Assembly: GCA_002708715.1 (NCBI GenBank)
Contig: PAPB01000028.1
Span: 8,611-72,610 of the forward strand
Direction of reading: 5' to 3'
DNA: 64,000 nt
DNA from: Fidelibacterota bacterium
GTDB lineage: Bacteria; Fidelibacterota; Marinisomatia; Marinisomatales; UBA1611
Positions within the stretch are counted from its first letter, which is position 1, and each line of letters starts with the position of its first letter. The notes below the pieces were generated by a model. It saw only the letters and a list, made by a program, of their open reading frames with translations, was not told the DNA's origin and did not search any database. Shown here piece after piece: positions 61,352 through 64,000 of this stretch. A program made the translations under genes and the position numbers.

Positions 61352-62525
61352 TATACTTATACTCTGAAACTTTTTTTAAAATTTCTTGGCCCGCGCCTAC
61401 TTGATTTCCGATAGCATAAATCAACGTATTATGCGGTAGATTTCTAAATTTTGATATTACCTCTTCAATTGGATTTTCTAATCCAATAATTTCAATATTA
61501 GTTTTTGGAGAATGGTTTATAAAACTATCAACAGTTTTTTTGACTTTATCACCTCTTATAAAAAAATAATCTGGTTTAATTTCCTGCAAAGTTAATTCAA
61601 TCATCTGCATAGTCCTTGAAGGCCTATCATCTCTAGAGTTAAAAAAAATACAGGTGCCGTCACTATTAACATATCGATCCATAATAAATTTCCATATTTG
61701 TAAAGTTGAGACAGGATCATTTGCAGCCATACCATTTATAAATTGAAGTTTCTTATTATTTAGATTAAGTGTCCACGCAATTAATGCACCCACATCTGGT
61801 TGGACTTTATACATTCCTTTAAGAGCAGTGACGCGGTTTACCCCTGCCTGATGGCAAACATCAAGTGCAACAGCAATATTTGATGGATGCTCCATGTAAT
61901 GGAATCGATCTAACTCTACTTGTTTAATAGTAGATTCATCTGATTTAATAAATAAAGAACCATTATCATCTGCAATTTCTTTTAAAATTTCAGGTTTTTG
62001 ATCTTCCCCCGTTATCAGAACACTATCAATAGGTACTGTATTACAAAGAGAACGAGCTACATCGTCCTCTGTTGGCCCCATCTCATCTAAGTGATCAGGC
62101 CTAACATTTGTGATCACACCTATATGAGACTTTACCATTTGATGTTCTGCAATCCACTGATACTGAGGCTGAACAGCCATACATTCTATAACGACAGCAT
62201 CAGGTTTTTGTGATGCAAAATAACTCAATAAACGAACCTGCTCTCCTATGGATGGCAAACGCAAACGATGAATAATACGATCTTTACCTTCTGAATCAAT
62301 AACCCTTGGGGCAGTACCAGTTGTCTTAGCAAAAGTTCGTAAACCACCTTCTCTCAAACCTGCAGCAACTAGGCGGGTAACACTAGACTTACCTCTTGTA
62401 CCATTAACATGAATACGTAGAGGAATCGAAGATAATGATTTTAAATGGAATTGATATTCGAGGATACCTGCTATACATAATGCAAAGACTAAGGAACCCA
62501 AAACAATAAGGGGCATAATTGTCAT
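61344..62525 (-). CDS. pgsB: Poly-gamma-glutamate synthase PgsB/CapB
   Basis: RIHVNGTRGKSSVTRL, AKTTGT, IGEQ, ECMAVQP, TNVRPDHLDEMGPT, AANDP.ST, R.DR..R. Confidence 0.96.
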   Translation of the reverse strand: MTIMPLIVLGSLVFALCIAGILEYQFHLKSLSSIPLRIHVNGTRGKSSVTRLVAAGLREGGLRTFAKTTGTAPRVIDSEGKDRIIHRLRLPSIGEQVRLLSYFASQKPDAVVIECMAVQPQYQWIAEHQMVKSHIGVITNVRPDHLDEMGPTEDDVARSLCNTVPIDSVLITGEDQKPEILKEIADDNGSLFIKSDESTIKQVELDRFHYMEHPSNIAVALDVCHQAGVNRVTALKGMYKVQPDVGALIAWTLNLNNKKLQFINGMAANDPVSTLQIWKFIMDRYVNSDGTCIFFNSRDDRPSRTMQMIELTLQEIKPDYFFIRGDKVKKTVDSFINHSPKTNIEIIGLENPIEEVISKFRNLPHNTLIYAIGNQVGAGQEILKKVSEYKYNG

Positions 62526-62547
62526 TACACTTGATAGACTTTTCTAG

Positions 62548-64000
62548 TTATTGCACATATCCCATGATCATCTGAATCAAGGATATAAGGTCCATAACAT
62601 TTACCATGCCGTCACCATTAATATCCCCAAAAAAAGGATTGACCTGGCCATCATAGCCCAAATTATAATCTACTAACAACATAAGATCGTAAATATCAAC
62701 AACCTCATCATGATTAAGATCACCTTCAAGACGAATATCGCTACCACGAGTAGTAATTAAAATAGCTCTTTCATCACCCAATTCCATAGCTGCAGGGTGA
62801 TATTCATTATCAAAGGTATATTGAAGACCTCTGGTCATTGTATGATCTTCTATACCAACACTACAATAGTTTCCATGTATCTGATCCCAGCTGTATGATC
62901 CATATGAAGTATTATTAAAATCTTTATATTGTAATAAAATTTCACCATCCCCAGTTGGAGTAATGTAATAGCTAGGATCATAAAGAACCGCTTGAAATGT
63001 TTCCAATGAATTATTTTGATATGTTCTAACACCAGACCATTCAACATAAAACTTTTTCTCTATTTGATCAAACCAAGTATACACTCTACCACCATTGGAG
63101 GTCTTTAGGTCATCCCAAAAAACTGCAATCATCGGTGAAGGTCCTCCAACACCAGGTATTTGATAATTACGGAATGATTCCATACTAGTTTGACCCATTG
63201 CTATCCAACCATTTGAACAAATACTTATTTGGTCATAGTCTTGGCCATAAAATCTAAATGTGAAAGGTAAATTTATCGTTTCTACATCATCCTGATTATT
63301 ACCACTGTCCGTTAGAGAATTTAAATACGTTCCAGGTCCTCCTTCTCTATCATCAATTTCTATCCAATTATATGTTGGCGCTAGCACATAATTGATATCC
63401 TCATTATCATAAATATAATAACCATAATCATCTGGACCAACTGGATCAAATACAGTTGGAGTTCCTATCTGTATAGGTACTATAGAATTTGATGAGTATC
63501 CATCCGCTGTTTCAATATTTACTATGAGATGTGCCACAGTTCCAGGTAAAGTTTCCTCAAGTGTGCTCACCTCAAAATAATCATTCCCATTAAAAGATGT
63601 TCCTCCAGAAGTAACAGAAGACCATGTACCAGTGTTATCTATTATTTCAACAAATGGAGATGCACATGTTATTGTTGCAGAAACAGATAGGGCATTTGTT
63701 TCACCATCATTTTTCAACCCTATTTTTACATAAGATGACTCTCCTGGTGTTAGGACATCACTAGCAGAACCAATAACATCTACATCATAAGCACTTAAAT
63801 TATTACCTGAAACTTTAATATCAAGGTAACCACTAAATGTGTTACCTACATCATCAGTGAAATCTACCTGCAACCCAAGATCAGACTCATCTGGGATACC
63901 ATCCATTAGATATACAACAAATGGTGTACTTCCTCCAAGTGTTTGTCCTGCAGTGATATTTCCAAATTCTATCGTTGAACTTTCGGCATCTATATTAACA
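62548..64000 (-). CDS. C-terminal part of a large secreted protein with Ig-like, NIDO-like and dockerin-like domains (paralog of the 48350-51529 protein); runs off window end
   Basis: Frame open from 63999 (VNIDAESSTIEFGNI..); GPDDYGY..LPFTFRFYG..SNGW..IAVFWDDL; dockerin GDLNHDEVVDIYD..GDINGDGMVNVMD. Confidence 0.8.
   Translation of the reverse strand, partial: VNIDAESSTIEFGNITAGQTLGGSTPFVVYLMDGIPDESDLGLQVDFTDDVGNTFSGYLDIKVSGNNLSAYDVDVIGSASDVLTPGESSYVKIGLKNDGETNALSVSATITCASPFVEIIDNTGTWSSVTSGGTSFNGNDYFEVSTLEETLPGTVAHLIVNIETADGYSSNSIVPIQIGTPTVFDPVGPDDYGYYIYDNEDINYVLAPTYNWIEIDDREGGPGTYLNSLTDSGNNQDDVETINLPFTFRFYGQDYDQISICSNGWIAMGQTSMESFRNYQIPGVGGPSPMIAVFWDDLKTSNGGRVYTWFDQIEKKFYVEWSGVRTYQNNSLETFQAVLYDPSYYITPTGDGEILLQYKDFNNTSYGSYSWDQIHGNYCSVGIEDHTMTRGLQYTFDNEYHPAAMELGDERAILITTRGSDIRLEGDLNHDEVVDIYDLMLLVDYNLGYDGQVNPFFGDINGDGMVNVMDLISLIQMIMGYVQ

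Noticed and set aside
654-63047. Many other 60-130 aa ORFs antisense to or nested in long genes
   Set aside because: All lie within well-supported CDSs and have no recognisable motifs
1-64000. tRNA, rRNA, CRISPR arrays, IS elements, integrases or prophage genes
   Set aside because: Intergenic gaps are short and AT-rich with no cloverleaf or repeat-spacer pattern; no transposase, integrase or phage motifs seen by eye

Overview
AT-rich bacterial chromosome segment, densely coding and mostly on the minus strand. Gene content (LPS Kdo/heptosyl transferases, many secreted proteins with a C-terminal PNP..K sorting-like domain, gingipain-like and dockerin proteins) suggests a diderm FCB-group organism such as Ca. 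Marinimicrobia; this is inference only. The housekeeping core (19.9-43 kb) holds rimO, ftsY, waaA, tatC, meaB, a Crp/Fnr regulator, rpsT, guaB, hutH, a DnaQ-DinG fusion and alaS. Four accessory elements stand out. (1) A tightly coupled operon of at least 12 genes (47.2 kb to past the window end) places poly-gamma-glutamate genes pgsB-pgsC-pgsW with a basic secreted protein, a basic outer-membrane barrel, an LVIVD lipoprotein, a WxDxR-repeat protein, an M14 carboxypeptidase, a C25 gingipain-like protein whose catalytic His is replaced by Trp, and a NIDO-like/dockerin paralog. (2) An intact NOX5-like EF-hand gene lacks the heme transmembrane domain and is divergent from a eukaryote-like cystathionine beta-synthase. 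(3) A GH1 glycosidase is fused to a TlpA-type thioredoxin. (4) A secreted caspase-family protease lies upstream of four lipoprotein genes (two Ig-repeat, DUF4384, LPP20). Two CDSs missing from the ORF track were found (1-218 partial; 45494-45601). I saw no rRNA, tRNA, CRISPR array or mobile element. All family calls come from recalled motifs, not database searches.
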